Virus record (IMG/VR): IMGVR_UViG_3300046499_000850
From: a virus
Lineage: Duplodnaviria; Heunggongvirae; Uroviricota; Caudoviricetes
Direction: 5' to 3' (one strand)
Length of the DNA stretch: 64,000 bases
Shown here: piece after piece, positions 19,072 to 28,343 of the stretch
How positions within the stretch are numbered: position 1 is the first letter of the stretch
How the letters are laid out: each line of letters opens with the position of its first letter
Notes under the pieces: generated by a model
Seen by the model: the letters and a program-made list of their open reading frames with translations, nothing else
Databases searched by the model: none
What the model was told of the DNA's origin: nothing
Made by a program: the position numbers and the translations under genes

Positions 19072-19074
19072 TAG

Positions 19075-19125
19075 CGCTCCCGCTACCTCTCGGGGTAGCG
19101 GGAGTATGCTGTGTATTTTTTATTT
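19075..19125 (+). terminator. intrinsic terminator, conserved family (ctcccgctacc-tctcgg-ggtagcgggag + T-run)
   Basis: same stem sequence as terminators at 9230 and 63008. Confidence 0.75.
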
Positions 19126-19166
19126 GCAACATTCAAGGTATAAGCTAAAACAAATGGGAGCCCTAG

Positions 19167-19418
19167 GTGGACCATCAAATGAATACCGCAACAATTCCCG
19201 AAAGCGAAACGAGCAAAGCACTTCGCTACGCGACGTGCCAATCTGGCGATTATGCTCCAACCCTTCAATTGCGGATCGCTGTGCCCGAAGGCACCCACAT
19301 GCCGGATCAGCAAAAGTTGCAACAACTGTGGGTTGCTCCGACTATTGGAGGCGGACAATTAAGGCAATGGCGGGAGATCCCGCGTGTTATTGTAAAAAGA
19401 GGCAAAGAACATGAGTGA
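19167..19418 (+). CDS. hypothetical protein (83 aa)
   Basis: ORF after terminator; weak RBS. Confidence 0.4.
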   Translation: MDHQMNTATIPESETSKALRYATCQSGDYAPTLQLRIAVPEGTHMPDQQKLQQLWVAPTIGGGQLRQWREIPRVIVKRGKEHE

Positions 19419-19536
19419 ACGTGGTAGTGTAGAGTTCACTCAAGATAACCTGAACCAGCATCTCGAAAGTCAGGGCAGGGCGCCGATGAAGAGCTTGTAT
19501 AAGTTCGACAACGAGACCAAAAAAGAAGTAAAATGA
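19411..19536 (+). CDS. possible small ORF (41 aa)
   Basis: RBS agaggcaaagaac-ATG; below ORF-track cutoff. Confidence 0.25.
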   Translation: MSERGSVEFTQDNLNQHLESQGRAPMKSLYKFDNETKKEVK

Positions 19537-19606
19537 TGTGGTTCTAGATTAAAAAACGCACATATTACTCCCTTGATCTAAGCGATAGAGTGATTAGCTC
19601 ACGCGG

Positions 19607-19638
19607 AAAGCCAGCCCTCGCGGGTTGGCTTTTTATGC
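19607..19638 (+). terminator. intrinsic terminator (aaagccagccc-tcgc-gggttggcttt + tttatg)
   Basis: GC stem plus T-run. Confidence 0.7.
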
Positions 19639-19725
19639 TGCCTAATGAAAAAATCATTCAGACCCCAGATGGTTTGTTACGCATGATTGCTGGGTGTGTC
19701 CCACCACCATTAACGGAGGACTTAA

Positions 19726-20103
19726 GTGAGAAAGAACTTGTGGCGCGACATCGAGATTTTTGAAGCGTTCCTCAACGGGGTCTCCGTCGATGAATTGATG
19801 AAGAAACATGACATTTGCATACAGCGACTTCGTCAGGTGATCGCGGGTGTATGTCGTCAGTCTTGCATTATCACTTACACAGCGGGTGAAAAGGAAGAGA
19901 ATCTTTCTTACGATTACACCTGCCTTGGCATCTTGGCACAAAAAGATTTGTGGCGGCGGTTGTTCGCTAACTACAAAGCCCACTGCCAGAAAGCCCAAGA
20001 AGAAGCCCAGTTACTTGCCGCCAACGCGAAGCCCAAACGCGTCCGACGCAACCACCAGCCAGCGAAGGACGTGGGTATGCTCACCATGACTTCTTTGCGG
20101 TAA
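19726..20103 (+). CDS. hypothetical small regulatory-like protein (GTG start)
   Basis: RBS ggagga 7 nt upstream of GTG; basic C-terminus. Confidence 0.45.
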   Translation: MRKNLWRDIEIFEAFLNGVSVDELMKKHDICIQRLRQVIAGVCRQSCIITYTAGEKEENLSYDYTCLGILAQKDLWRRLFANYKAHCQKAQEEAQLLAANAKPKRVRRNHQPAKDVGMLTMTSLR

Positions 20104-20129
20104 ACCGTAGTACCCAAGAGTAGGTTACC

Positions 20130-20142
20130 TATAATTAACAAC
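20130..20142 (+). promoter_or_regulatory. variant promoter-like motif tataattaacaac
   Basis: immediately upstream of AAA ATPase gene. Confidence 0.4.
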
Positions 20143-20159
20143 TAATGAAGGATATCACC

Positions 20160-21587
20160 ATGGAACAGAAAACCAACAAAGTCAACTTCGCCTTCGACCG
20201 CCACCCGGACGGTAAGATCGTGCCGATGCGCGAAATGAAGTCGAATATCGTGCGCGAAATCCCGGCGGGTACCTACCGCCTAGAATTCGACAGGGACATC
20301 GGCATGTACTTGATGCCGGTGAACGACTTCAAGCTGCCGGAGCGGATCTACGGCAAGGTCAATAACTACGCCCAGCGCTTCATGCGTGCCTACGAGCTCG
20401 GCAACAAGAACTTGGGCGCGCTGCTGATCGGCGACCCGGGCTCGGGTAAAACCCTGACCCTCAAGCAAGTCGCGGTGCTGGCGGTACAGATGGGATACCC
20501 GATGATTCTCATCGATAAGCCTTGGCCGGGCGATATGCTCAGCGCATTTCTGAACACCATCACCCAACCCTGCGTGGTCGGCGTTGATGAGTTCGACAAG
20601 AAGTATGGTGAGAAAGTCAGCCAACAACCCGGTCAATCGCCGCAAGACCAGCCAGCGGACATCCAGAACTCGATCCTGGAAATGCTGGACGGCGCCTCGT
20701 CGGGTGACAAGAAACTGTTCGTGCTGACTGCCAACGACGACAACCGGATCTCGGAATACATGAAAGACCGTCCGAGCCGCATCCGCTACACCATTTCCTT
20801 CAAACGGATCGAACGCGAAGCTGCGCTCGATTACGTGAACGCCAATCTGAAGAACGCCACGGAAGAAAACATCCGGGCGTTCTTGGCGCTGGTGCTAGCC
20901 GATGCCGGTCCGTCCAAGGGCATGAATTTCGACTCGATGGTGGAACTGGTCAAAGAGATGAACGACTTCGACTGCACTCTGGATGAAGCGCTCGAACTCA
21001 TGATCCGTAACGGCAAAAAGTCGTACACCTCGTTCGAGATCACGGTTTTCCATAATGGCGAGAAAGTGCAAAAAGTCGGCGGTCATGGTCGTCACCAGAG
21101 CGCTTACATCAACGGCAACTCCGATTACAGCATCGATACCATGCTGGTGCTGCCGCCAGCAGAGGGCGAAGAAGTCTCGCGTCGTGTCAACGTCAATCTG
21201 GACAAAGAGCATTTCGTCGGGTTCGGCGAAGACCTCGATATGTACGAGTTCCGTTACGGTGACTTCACCTTCATGGCCAAACTGGTCGGTTACAACGAAG
21301 CCATGAAAGCCAACCATGATGCTGAAAAGGAGTACACGGAACTGCCGGACGTGAAAGCGTACAAAGAAAAGTCGATCCAGAGAACCAAGGAAACCGGTGA
21401 GCTGCCCAAGAGTATGCAGGGGCGCAGCTACTTGCCTGACCACATGCAGCACCTGCCGGAAATGTACAACATGGACAGCCTGATGAAGGCGAATTTCGCG
21501 GGCCGCCGTGAAGCGAAGCCCCAGAAGCTGAAAAACAGTAATTTCTCGGGTGCACACGTGCAGCGCAACGGCACCTACGACAGTTAA
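20160..21587 (+). CDS. AAA+ family ATPase (paralogue 1)
   Basis: Walker A GDPGSGKT, Walker B VVGVDEFDK; architecture shared with 21660..22994. Confidence 0.75.
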   Translation: MEQKTNKVNFAFDRHPDGKIVPMREMKSNIVREIPAGTYRLEFDRDIGMYLMPVNDFKLPERIYGKVNNYAQRFMRAYELGNKNLGALLIGDPGSGKTLTLKQVAVLAVQMGYPMILIDKPWPGDMLSAFLNTITQPCVVGVDEFDKKYGEKVSQQPGQSPQDQPADIQNSILEMLDGASSGDKKLFVLTANDDNRISEYMKDRPSRIRYTISFKRIEREAALDYVNANLKNATEENIRAFLALVLADAGPSKGMNFDSMVELVKEMNDFDCTLDEALELMIRNGKKSYTSFEITVFHNGEKVQKVGGHGRHQSAYINGNSDYSIDTMLVLPPAEGEEVSRRVNVNLDKEHFVGFGEDLDMYEFRYGDFTFMAKLVGYNEAMKANHDAEKEYTELPDVKAYKEKSIQRTKETGELPKSMQGRSYLPDHMQHLPEMYNMDSLMKANFAGRREAKPQKLKNSNFSGAHVQRNGTYDS

Positions 21588-21596
21588 TCATTCAGT

Positions 21597-21626
21597 AGGC
21601 CCTCCGTAAAAGGCGGGCCTGTTTGT
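21597..21626 (+). terminator. hairpin aggccctcc...ggcgggcct with short T-run
   Basis: imperfect stem. Confidence 0.45.
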
Positions 21627-21632
21627 AGCACC

Positions 21633-21644
21633 ATAATCAACAAC
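21633..21644 (+). promoter_or_regulatory. ATAATCAACAAC promoter-like motif
   Basis: ccataatcaacaacagaaaaggaaatagc-ATG. Confidence 0.5.
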
Positions 21645-21659
21645 AGAAAAGGAAATAGC

Positions 21660-22994
21660 ATGGCAAACCAGAAAGACGAAATCAAGTTCATTTTCCACAT
21701 CGAGCAAGATGGCAACATCGTCCCGCATCCGATGGTGCGCGGCACCGCAGTGCCGGAAATCCCGCCGGGCGTGTTTTCGCTGGTGTACGAAGAACCCACG
21801 CCGATGACTTCGGCCAAGATTTACCTGCGTCCGGAAAACTCGTTCAAGACCCCGCAGCGCGTCTACGGCGGCGACAAGATCAATGACCTGGTGACCCGCT
21901 TCATCAAGTCCTACGAGCTCGACGACAAAAATCTCGGCATCGTTCTGATGGGTGAACGGGGATCGGGCAAGACCATGCTGCTCAAGACCCTGTCGGCCAA
22001 AGTCATCGAGATGGGTTTCCCGGTCATCCTGGTCGACGAGAAGATCCCGGCTGGCGTGCTGAACTGGTTCTTGTCCACCATCACCCAACAGTGTCTGGTG
22101 AACTTCGATGAGTTCGAGAAAGTCTACGATGATGTCGACGACCAGACCGGCATCCTGCGCCTGCTCGACGGTACCAACACCGGCGCCAAAAAGATGTACT
22201 GTTTCACGATCAACGACAAAGACAACGTGTCGAAGTATATGTTCGGCCGCCCCAGCCGGGTGCGTTACGTGTTGCCGTTCAAGCGCCTCGAAGTCAACGT
22301 CATCGCCGAGTACGTGCAGGCCAACCTCAGTAATTGCACGGAAGACCATCTGCGTGCTTTCCTGCACACGGGTCTGTGTGACGGCCGCGAATCGAACGGC
22401 ATGAACTTCGACTCGATGGTCGAGTACGTGAAAGAGATGAATCGCTTCGGCGACAACCTCAACAACGTGCTGAACATCATGGGGGAAACCAACACCAAGA
22501 GCTGGTCGCTCTTCGAAATCACCGGTTTCCACAACGGTGAAAAAGTGTGTCGCACCACCGCTCACGGCACGCACGAAGGTCCGTACATCGGCAAGGACGA
22601 GATGGAGCTTATCTTTAATATCCAGGTCTCGACCACCGAAGCCGATGCTGTCTCCACGAGCACCAACTGGCAGAAAGAACGGGTGGTGCTGACGCAAGAA
22701 CATTTCGTCGGCTTCGGTGACGCATACGACACGCTGTTGTTCGCCAAAGACGGGGTATCGTACAACCTGCGTTATTTGGACCATAACCTGGCCAGCAAGA
22801 TCACCAACGAGCTGGAGGCCGATAAATCGGGAAAGTCGGTCGGGGTGCGTCGATCCCCTACCTCAACTTCGACTTCGAATGGGATTTCTCTACCATCGCC
22901 CACGTTGTCTTCCGCTAACTTGGGCTCCGACGTGCAGGGAGAACCATATCTCGTTCTGCGCCCGGACCAAACGCGCAGCGGCACCAACGGTTAA
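21660..22994 (+). CDS. AAA+ family ATPase (paralogue 2)
   Basis: Walker A GERGSGKT, Walker B LVNFDEFEK; collinear similarity to 20160..21587. Confidence 0.75.
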   Translation: MANQKDEIKFIFHIEQDGNIVPHPMVRGTAVPEIPPGVFSLVYEEPTPMTSAKIYLRPENSFKTPQRVYGGDKINDLVTRFIKSYELDDKNLGIVLMGERGSGKTMLLKTLSAKVIEMGFPVILVDEKIPAGVLNWFLSTITQQCLVNFDEFEKVYDDVDDQTGILRLLDGTNTGAKKMYCFTINDKDNVSKYMFGRPSRVRYVLPFKRLEVNVIAEYVQANLSNCTEDHLRAFLHTGLCDGRESNGMNFDSMVEYVKEMNRFGDNLNNVLNIMGETNTKSWSLFEITGFHNGEKVCRTTAHGTHEGPYIGKDEMELIFNIQVSTTEADAVSTSTNWQKERVVLTQEHFVGFGDAYDTLLFAKDGVSYNLRYLDHNLASKITNELEADKSGKSVGVRRSPTSTSTSNGISLPSPTLSSANLGSDVQGEPYLVLRPDQTRSGTNG

Positions 22995-23012
22995 TCCAGA
23001 AAGGAACGCAGT

Positions 23013-23459
23013 ATGAAAGATACTGAAGCAGTAGTACCCAACACGATCCGTGTGATTTCGCAATCGTTTACTGGTCCCCTCAAGGCCGAAGTGGAAACCT
23101 TCAACATGGTTTATCCGCAAGGTATCGGTCGCCCGAAGAAGATGTCCGCAGAAGAGATCGAGGTCAAACTCGCCGCTTTCTTGCAACACGCCGCCTTCTC
23201 GGGCTTCAACGTCACCGTTCGTAACGAGAGCGATCCGCGCTTGGGGATGGGTGGTTATCGTCCGTGCATCGAAGTGCGTCCCGATTACCCGACGGTGCGC
23301 GCCAAGATGACCGAGATCGCCGAGATGCAAGCGCATTTCGAGAAACACGGCTGCCATGGTTTCATCCCGGCTGGTCCGGAAGAACCAACGGATGACGTCG
23401 AAGAACAGGCTGACGCCCAACCGGGTGAATCGGGCGACTGGTTGAAGCATAAACCGTGA
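23013..23459 (+). CDS. hypothetical protein (148 aa)
   Basis: RBS gaaaggaacgcagt-ATG. Confidence 0.55.
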   Translation: MKDTEAVVPNTIRVISQSFTGPLKAEVETFNMVYPQGIGRPKKMSAEEIEVKLAAFLQHAAFSGFNVTVRNESDPRLGMGGYRPCIEVRPDYPTVRAKMTEIAEMQAHFEKHGCHGFIPAGPEEPTDDVEEQADAQPGESGDWLKHKP

Positions 23460-23492
23460 GCGCCAGGATCGATAAACTAGAGAAAGGAAAGA

Positions 23493-23882
23493 ATGATGCG
23501 TAAGTGTCAAGAAGCACTCATCATGTTGATGTTTGTACTCATCTACGTGGCAAGTGCGTTTTACTGGGAAGTTGCGTTGGTTAAGATCGTGATGTGGTGG
23601 GGGAAACAACTCATCGCTCTACGACCTTCGCTCACCGATGGCCAGTCCTTTCTCTACACCCTCGTCGCGATCGTCTTCAGTACGGTGGTGATTCCGCACT
23701 TCGTGTGGTTTCCGGTATTGCTTACCAAGGAGATGCTCTACCTGATCAAGGAAGACATCAACGCACCCTATGTGGCGCGTGTCGCACGCCGGTCACCTAA
23801 CTCCTTCTTGGAAGGCATGCGTTTGACTATCCGCCGGTTCTTTCAAAATCACGGTCAACCAGTCATGACATCGATAAGGTGA
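23493..23882 (+). CDS. hypothetical polytopic membrane protein
   Basis: RBS gagaaaggaaag; 3 hydrophobic helices. Confidence 0.5.
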   Translation: MMRKCQEALIMLMFVLIYVASAFYWEVALVKIVMWWGKQLIALRPSLTDGQSFLYTLVAIVFSTVVIPHFVWFPVLLTKEMLYLIKEDINAPYVARVARRSPNSFLEGMRLTIRRFFQNHGQPVMTSIR

Positions 23883-23892
23883 CAACATAAGC

Positions 23893-23938
23893 GGGAGAGC
23901 CAGTAGGCTCTCCTGTTTTCTTTGCTTTCATTTTTTTT
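23893..23938 (+). terminator. intrinsic terminator (gggagagcc-agta-ggctctcc + long T-run)
   Basis: perfect 9-bp stem then tgttttctttgctttcattttttttg. Confidence 0.75.
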
Positions 23939-23943
23939 GTTAT

Positions 23944-24159
23944 TTGGAAATCATGCGCTATTACATTCAAAGTACTTGTTTGATCGCCACATGGTTATTG
24001 GTTTTTGGCGCCCACGCACTCAGCTTCTGGTATCCGTCGAAAGACTGGGTGATGTGGTACAAATGGGTGTGGCTTGGCGTGGTTACGGTGATCGCTATGA
24101 TAGGCGTGGGATTGGCCTGTAATATAGATACTGTGTTCCGAAAAAGAACCCGTCATTAA
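23944..24159 (+). CDS. small membrane protein (71 aa)
   Basis: two TM helices. Confidence 0.4.
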   Translation: MEIMRYYIQSTCLIATWLLVFGAHALSFWYPSKDWVMWYKWVWLGVVTVIAMIGVGLACNIDTVFRKRTRH

Positions 24160-24183
24160 AAAAGTATTACAGTGAGGAAAGCT

Positions 24184-24336
24184 ATGGACAGTTTACTGAA
24201 AGCGTTGATGATGGGGTTAGTCCTCATCCTTTCCCCCATTCCCATCATCATCGTGTTGTCCGCATCCGTTGTAGTATTCACAGCAGTATGGCTGACTCAT
24301 GCCTTATTGACAGCCGCATTTAAAGTAGGAGCATAA
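24184..24336 (+). CDS. possible small membrane ORF (50 aa)
   Basis: RBS gtgaggaaagct-ATG; hydrophobic. Confidence 0.3.
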   Translation: MDSLLKALMMGLVLILSPIPIIIVLSASVVVFTAVWLTHALLTAAFKVGA

Positions 24337-24337
24337 C

Positions 24338-24970
24338 GTGGGGCACATTGTTACTGTAGGGGGTATCGAAATGTTCGCCACTGTTCGCGGCCATGCGCTG
24401 GAGTGTGACAATTGTGGTGAACATTATGATGGCGGTAATGGGGAAGACAAAGGTGGACCGCTGATGCCGAGAGGTTATCGTGAATTGCGGCCTATCACGC
24501 TGATTGAACATGCAATCCGCCTAGGCTGGACAGGGTTAGAGAAATACCAAGACCCCGCCAGTGTCCAAGGTAAAGCGCCACCCGACCTGTGTCCGGTGTG
24601 CTCCGCCATGAAAGGTGCACCATACTGGCCAACCGTGGTGGAAGAACCAGCGGGTACCGCTGTGCTGGTGTACCGCCGAGATGGTCCACTGGTACAACGC
24701 TTCACGGTAGTGCGACCACTTGACCGTGCGCCACTCGGTATCGATACGGAAGGGTGGCCGGTACGGGATCGGTACAACGAACCACCAGCCGTCATGGAAC
24801 TCAAGGTGACGGCCAGTGAGACGGTGGTGCAGGGTATCCATTTCGACAGCAATGTCCGTTGGCCTAGCCAGCAACGTGGTGAATGTTTCAAAGAGAAGGC
24901 ACCAAGGATTCGCCTGTGGTCTTGGGGTGATGGCAAGGTGTATGGTAAAGAAGTTTCTCAATCGCGGTAA
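24338..24970 (+). CDS. hypothetical protein with CxxC...CxxC (GTG start)
   Basis: RBS aaagtaggagcataac-GTG; CDNCGEH...CPVC. Confidence 0.5.
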   Translation: MGHIVTVGGIEMFATVRGHALECDNCGEHYDGGNGEDKGGPLMPRGYRELRPITLIEHAIRLGWTGLEKYQDPASVQGKAPPDLCPVCSAMKGAPYWPTVVEEPAGTAVLVYRRDGPLVQRFTVVRPLDRAPLGIDTEGWPVRDRYNEPPAVMELKVTASETVVQGIHFDSNVRWPSQQRGECFKEKAPRIRLWSWGDGKVYGKEVSQSR

Positions 24971-24985
24971 TAACTAAAAACTATC

Positions 24986-25954
24986 ATGTCCCAAGAGAGA
25001 TATCCTAGCACCACACCCCACGACGTTGTTTGTTTGTACCATGCGAACTGCATGGATGGACTTATCGCAGCTGCCCTCACCCACCGTTTCTTCAAAGGGA
25101 ATGTGGAATGCGTACCGGTCCGCTACAACGAAGCCCCTCCACTGAAACTGGTACGGGACAAACATGTTTACCTGGTCGATTTTACATACCCGCCAGAAGA
25201 ACTGTTACCGCACCTCGACACGATGAAGTCGCTGAACGTCATCGACCACCATGACGACGCCATGAAACCGTGGCGCCAGCTCGACTGGAATAACGATACC
25301 GCGCTCGAAAAGCTGTATGTCAAGTTCGACAACAAAAAGTCGGGCGCGATGTTGGTGTGGGATTTCTTCTTCGGCAATGGTGCCTCGACCATCGAAGAAA
25401 CCCAACCACCGCTACTGGTTCGCTACGCGCAGGCATACGACCTGTGGACTAAAGAGCTGGCGATGACGGACGAAGTGCAAAGCGCGCTGCGCTACAGCTT
25501 CCCGCCACACAAGGCGCAGCTCGAAGAATTGGCAGATTTCCTCTGCACAGCCACCCACGACGCCATCGAGAAACTGAAAGCGATTGGCTCGATCATCGTG
25601 TCCCAAGAACAGAACATCGCTGAGTCGCTGATCAAACGCAATCTGTACTTCACGAACTTCCTCGATTACGAAGGCATCCCGGTGTGTTTCATGCCGGCAG
25701 AATTCGTGAACATGGCCGGCGAGATCATCTACACCCGATACCCAGAAGTGCCGTTCGTCGTGCTCTTCGAAGACAACTACGCGCGGCAAAGCCGGAAGTA
25801 CTCGTTCCGTAGCCGTCGTGATGGCGGAGCGAATGTCTCGCAAATCGCAGCGCGTATCGGTGGCAAAGGCCATGAAAATTCCTCTGGGGCGACCGTTGAC
25901 CTCGCTCTCGTTTTTGAACAACTCGAAATCCCGCAGAAAGAAGAACAGCAATGA
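24986..25954 (+). CDS. DHH/DHHA1 family phosphoesterase (NrnA-like)
   Basis: CMDGLIAAAL (DHH motif I), NVIDHHDD (motif III), C-terminal GGKGHENSSGA (DHHA1 GGGH). Confidence 0.75.
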   Translation: MSQERYPSTTPHDVVCLYHANCMDGLIAAALTHRFFKGNVECVPVRYNEAPPLKLVRDKHVYLVDFTYPPEELLPHLDTMKSLNVIDHHDDAMKPWRQLDWNNDTALEKLYVKFDNKKSGAMLVWDFFFGNGASTIEETQPPLLVRYAQAYDLWTKELAMTDEVQSALRYSFPPHKAQLEELADFLCTATHDAIEKLKAIGSIIVSQEQNIAESLIKRNLYFTNFLDYEGIPVCFMPAEFVNMAGEIIYTRYPEVPFVVLFEDNYARQSRKYSFRSRRDGGANVSQIAARIGGKGHENSSGATVDLALVFEQLEIPQKEEQQ

Positions 25955-27186
25955 CCTCACTCGTTGAAAAAGCCATTACTGGCACCATTTACGTTACTCA
26001 ACCGAATAAACGTTTGCCACAGTTTATCCTGGCTGTTGACAGCGCTTACTACGGTGTCGAAAACGTTGCCCTCAAAGGTGGGGGTGTCGCTAGCCTGTTC
26101 GCTAATCCGATCAACCAGGTACCGCACGAGTTGTTCTGCGATAATGTCCAAAGTTACCTGGTCATCCGCGAACGCGAATACCTGGACGAAGCACTCGGCG
26201 CCGTCTTCATCCAGGATACTGGTGTTCTGTATGGGCATGTTATCAACGCCAAGGGTGAGAAGAAGAAGGGTGATCCGCGTTACAAGCAACTGTTGCCGTA
26301 CCTCGTCGCACGTCAACTGCAGGCCGACGGCACCTACGTGTACTTCCCGTACCGCCGCACCAAGAAGGTCGGCGAACAACGTCTGGCTGGTAACGGTTCG
26401 CTCGGCTATGGGGGGCACATCGATCTGGAAGACATCGTCTCGACCAATTCGGTGATCAACCTGAAAGCCACGATCCTGAAGTCGGCCCTGCGCGAAGCGA
26501 TCGAAGAGTTCACGCTGTCCAACAGCGACTTCGGCAGCCACCGCGTCACGGCCGGTGTCTACGCAGATGCCATCTCGTTCGGCGACCTGTTCATCGTTGA
26601 CAACTCGAACGACGTCGGCGAACTGCACCTCGGCATCATCCTGTATTTCGACGTCCCGCTCGGCTGGACCCTCGAAGCGTCGGAAGACGAACTGGCCAAG
26701 CTGCCGCCGATGAACGCCGAACAGATGCGTACTGACCAGACCTTCAATGCCGAGAACTGGACCAAGATCTTCCTGACCTACCTGAAGATGCAAGACCTGA
26801 ACCAGCTCGCGGCTGATAACGGTCTGGCGCCGAATCCGGACGCAGTGATATCCATCGACCACGGTGGTGTGAAAGTCGCCGAAGTAGATTCGAAAATCCT
26901 CGACAACATGAAATCCATCCTGGAAGTCGGCGATCAAATGGCGACGATCCGTGCAGGTAGTGTCGATGCGGTCGAGCGTATCCAGCTGCATATTCAGGCT
27001 GGCGACGAGACCGAGGCGCGCAGCATCACCCGGGAAGATGTTCCCATCCCAACCAACGAGAAACAGGCCATTAACTTTGGCCGCAGCGGTACGCCCGCAA
27101 AACCGGGTACGCCGGAACATTTGGCAAAACTCCAGAACGCAGCGTTCGCCTCTTATCGTGGGGATGTCGAAGTCAAGGAAGACTGA
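25951..27186 (+). CDS. hypothetical protein (411 aa), translationally coupled to the DHH gene
   Basis: ATGA overlap; antisense 412-aa ORF judged spurious. Confidence 0.55.
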   Translation: MTSLVEKAITGTIYVTQPNKRLPQFILAVDSAYYGVENVALKGGGVASLFANPINQVPHELFCDNVQSYLVIREREYLDEALGAVFIQDTGVLYGHVINAKGEKKKGDPRYKQLLPYLVARQLQADGTYVYFPYRRTKKVGEQRLAGNGSLGYGGHIDLEDIVSTNSVINLKATILKSALREAIEEFTLSNSDFGSHRVTAGVYADAISFGDLFIVDNSNDVGELHLGIILYFDVPLGWTLEASEDELAKLPPMNAEQMRTDQTFNAENWTKIFLTYLKMQDLNQLAADNGLAPNPDAVISIDHGGVKVAEVDSKILDNMKSILEVGDQMATIRAGSVDAVERIQLHIQAGDETEARSITREDVPIPTNEKQAINFGRSGTPAKPGTPEHLAKLQNAAFASYRGDVEVKED

Positions 27187-27187
27187 T

Positions 27188-27496
27188 ATGACCAAGACCG
27201 TTCAATTGACTGATGGTCGCCATGTTCCGGTCAATGAAATTATTGATCAGCAAGTGTGCATGGGTGTTGGACGGTCTGGCCCTTATCCGGGTGTGAACAA
27301 TTGGCGGGATTACCTGCCAAATGGAAACACACCATCACCCGATGATGGCTGGACCAACAACATCGACTGGAACAACAGCATCACTGGCAACCCGCGCAAC
27401 GCTATCGAATTGAACCTCAATGAAGTTCGCGCGGGGTTGGCGGTTACCAACGCCGTTGATATTCCGGCAGGAGAATCCAATGAAAAAAGCTCATAA
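27188..27496 (+). CDS. hypothetical protein (102 aa)
   Basis: RBS aaggaagactgat-ATG. Confidence 0.45.
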   Translation: MTKTVQLTDGRHVPVNEIIDQQVCMGVGRSGPYPGVNNWRDYLPNGNTPSPDDGWTNNIDWNNSITGNPRNAIELNLNEVRAGLAVTNAVDIPAGESNEKSS

Positions 27497-27719
27497 GGCA
27501 CCCGTCAAACGGGCACGCGCGCCGCGTAAGAAGAAGTTGGTAGAGTTCACCCTTACCGACGAACAACGGCAACTCGCGGTCGCGACTGCTAACCGAGTGG
27601 TCAGTGGTGAAATCACCCGCGACTACGCCCAGAAGTTCTTGACGGAGAGCGGTATTCCAGTCTTGAAGATGAAGGGTTGGACGCCACCCACACCAGCACA
27701 AAAGGTCGACCATGCATGA
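27480..27719 (+). CDS. small basic protein (79 aa)
   Basis: RBS aggagaatcca-ATG; Lys/Arg-rich N-terminus. Confidence 0.4.
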   Translation: MKKAHKAPVKRARAPRKKKLVEFTLTDEQRQLAVATANRVVSGEITRDYAQKFLTESGIPVLKMKGWTPPTPAQKVDHA

Positions 27720-27957
27720 TGTGGCCCGTACCCAAGAAGAACTGCTGAACCGTCAGGTCCAGCAGGATCTTTTCCAGCGTGGTTTGGATCTCATGAACGA
27801 TGCTGCGGCAGCTGGTTTCGTCATGAAAATGTGCATGCCCACTACTCAACAGCAAGTCGTGTATAAATCCAGAGATTTTCTCATGGTGGCACCGGCCGCT
27901 GGCCAAGGTCAGACCTTGCTTCACCCGAATCCCAAAACCGACGGCCCGTACCGTTAA
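27712..27957 (+). CDS. hypothetical protein (81 aa)
   Basis: overlapping start ATGCATGA. Confidence 0.4.
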   Translation: MHDVARTQEELLNRQVQQDLFQRGLDLMNDAAAAGFVMKMCMPTTQQQVVYKSRDFLMVAPAAGQGQTLLHPNPKTDGPYR

Positions 27958-27974
27958 ACAAGGAAAACAATAAC

Positions 27975-28316
27975 ATGAAAACTACCGAAATAGCGGCAAC
28001 TGCAGAAACGCAGCGTATCCTGTATTTTGCCGAACGTCTGCGCGACCTCGTGATGGAAGCCAGTGAAAATGGTATCCAGTTATCGATCCCCGAAATCGAA
28101 GATAAACCGGAGATTAAAAAGAAGCAACCGTTCTACACCCAGTACCGTACGCTGATGACGATCCCGTGCCGCTTCGATCATCAGTTCCTGGGCCAACCGT
28201 TGTACGTTTCGGCGTCCGCCATCATCGATACACGACCAAAGAAGAACGTGCTCGATCTCGCGATCCTGCGCCCAGCGGACCTGGTGTACGGTGAAAGTCT
28301 GCCAGATCCAGCTTAA
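27975..28316 (+). CDS. hypothetical protein (113 aa)
   Basis: RBS caaggaaaacaataac-ATG. Confidence 0.5.
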   Translation: MKTTEIAATAETQRILYFAERLRDLVMEASENGIQLSIPEIEDKPEIKKKQPFYTQYRTLMTIPCRFDHQFLGQPLYVSASAIIDTRPKKNVLDLAILRPADLVYGESLPDPA

Positions 28317-28343
28317 CCAATAAGAACTAGGGAAAATAACAAA

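Noticed and set aside
21588-22784. 398-aa minus-strand ORF
   Set aside because: Antisense to the AAA+ ATPase gene that carries clear Walker motifs.
25957-27195. 412-aa minus-strand ORF
   Set aside because: It mirrors + strand gene 25951..27186, which is translationally coupled to the DHH gene. Antisense artefact.
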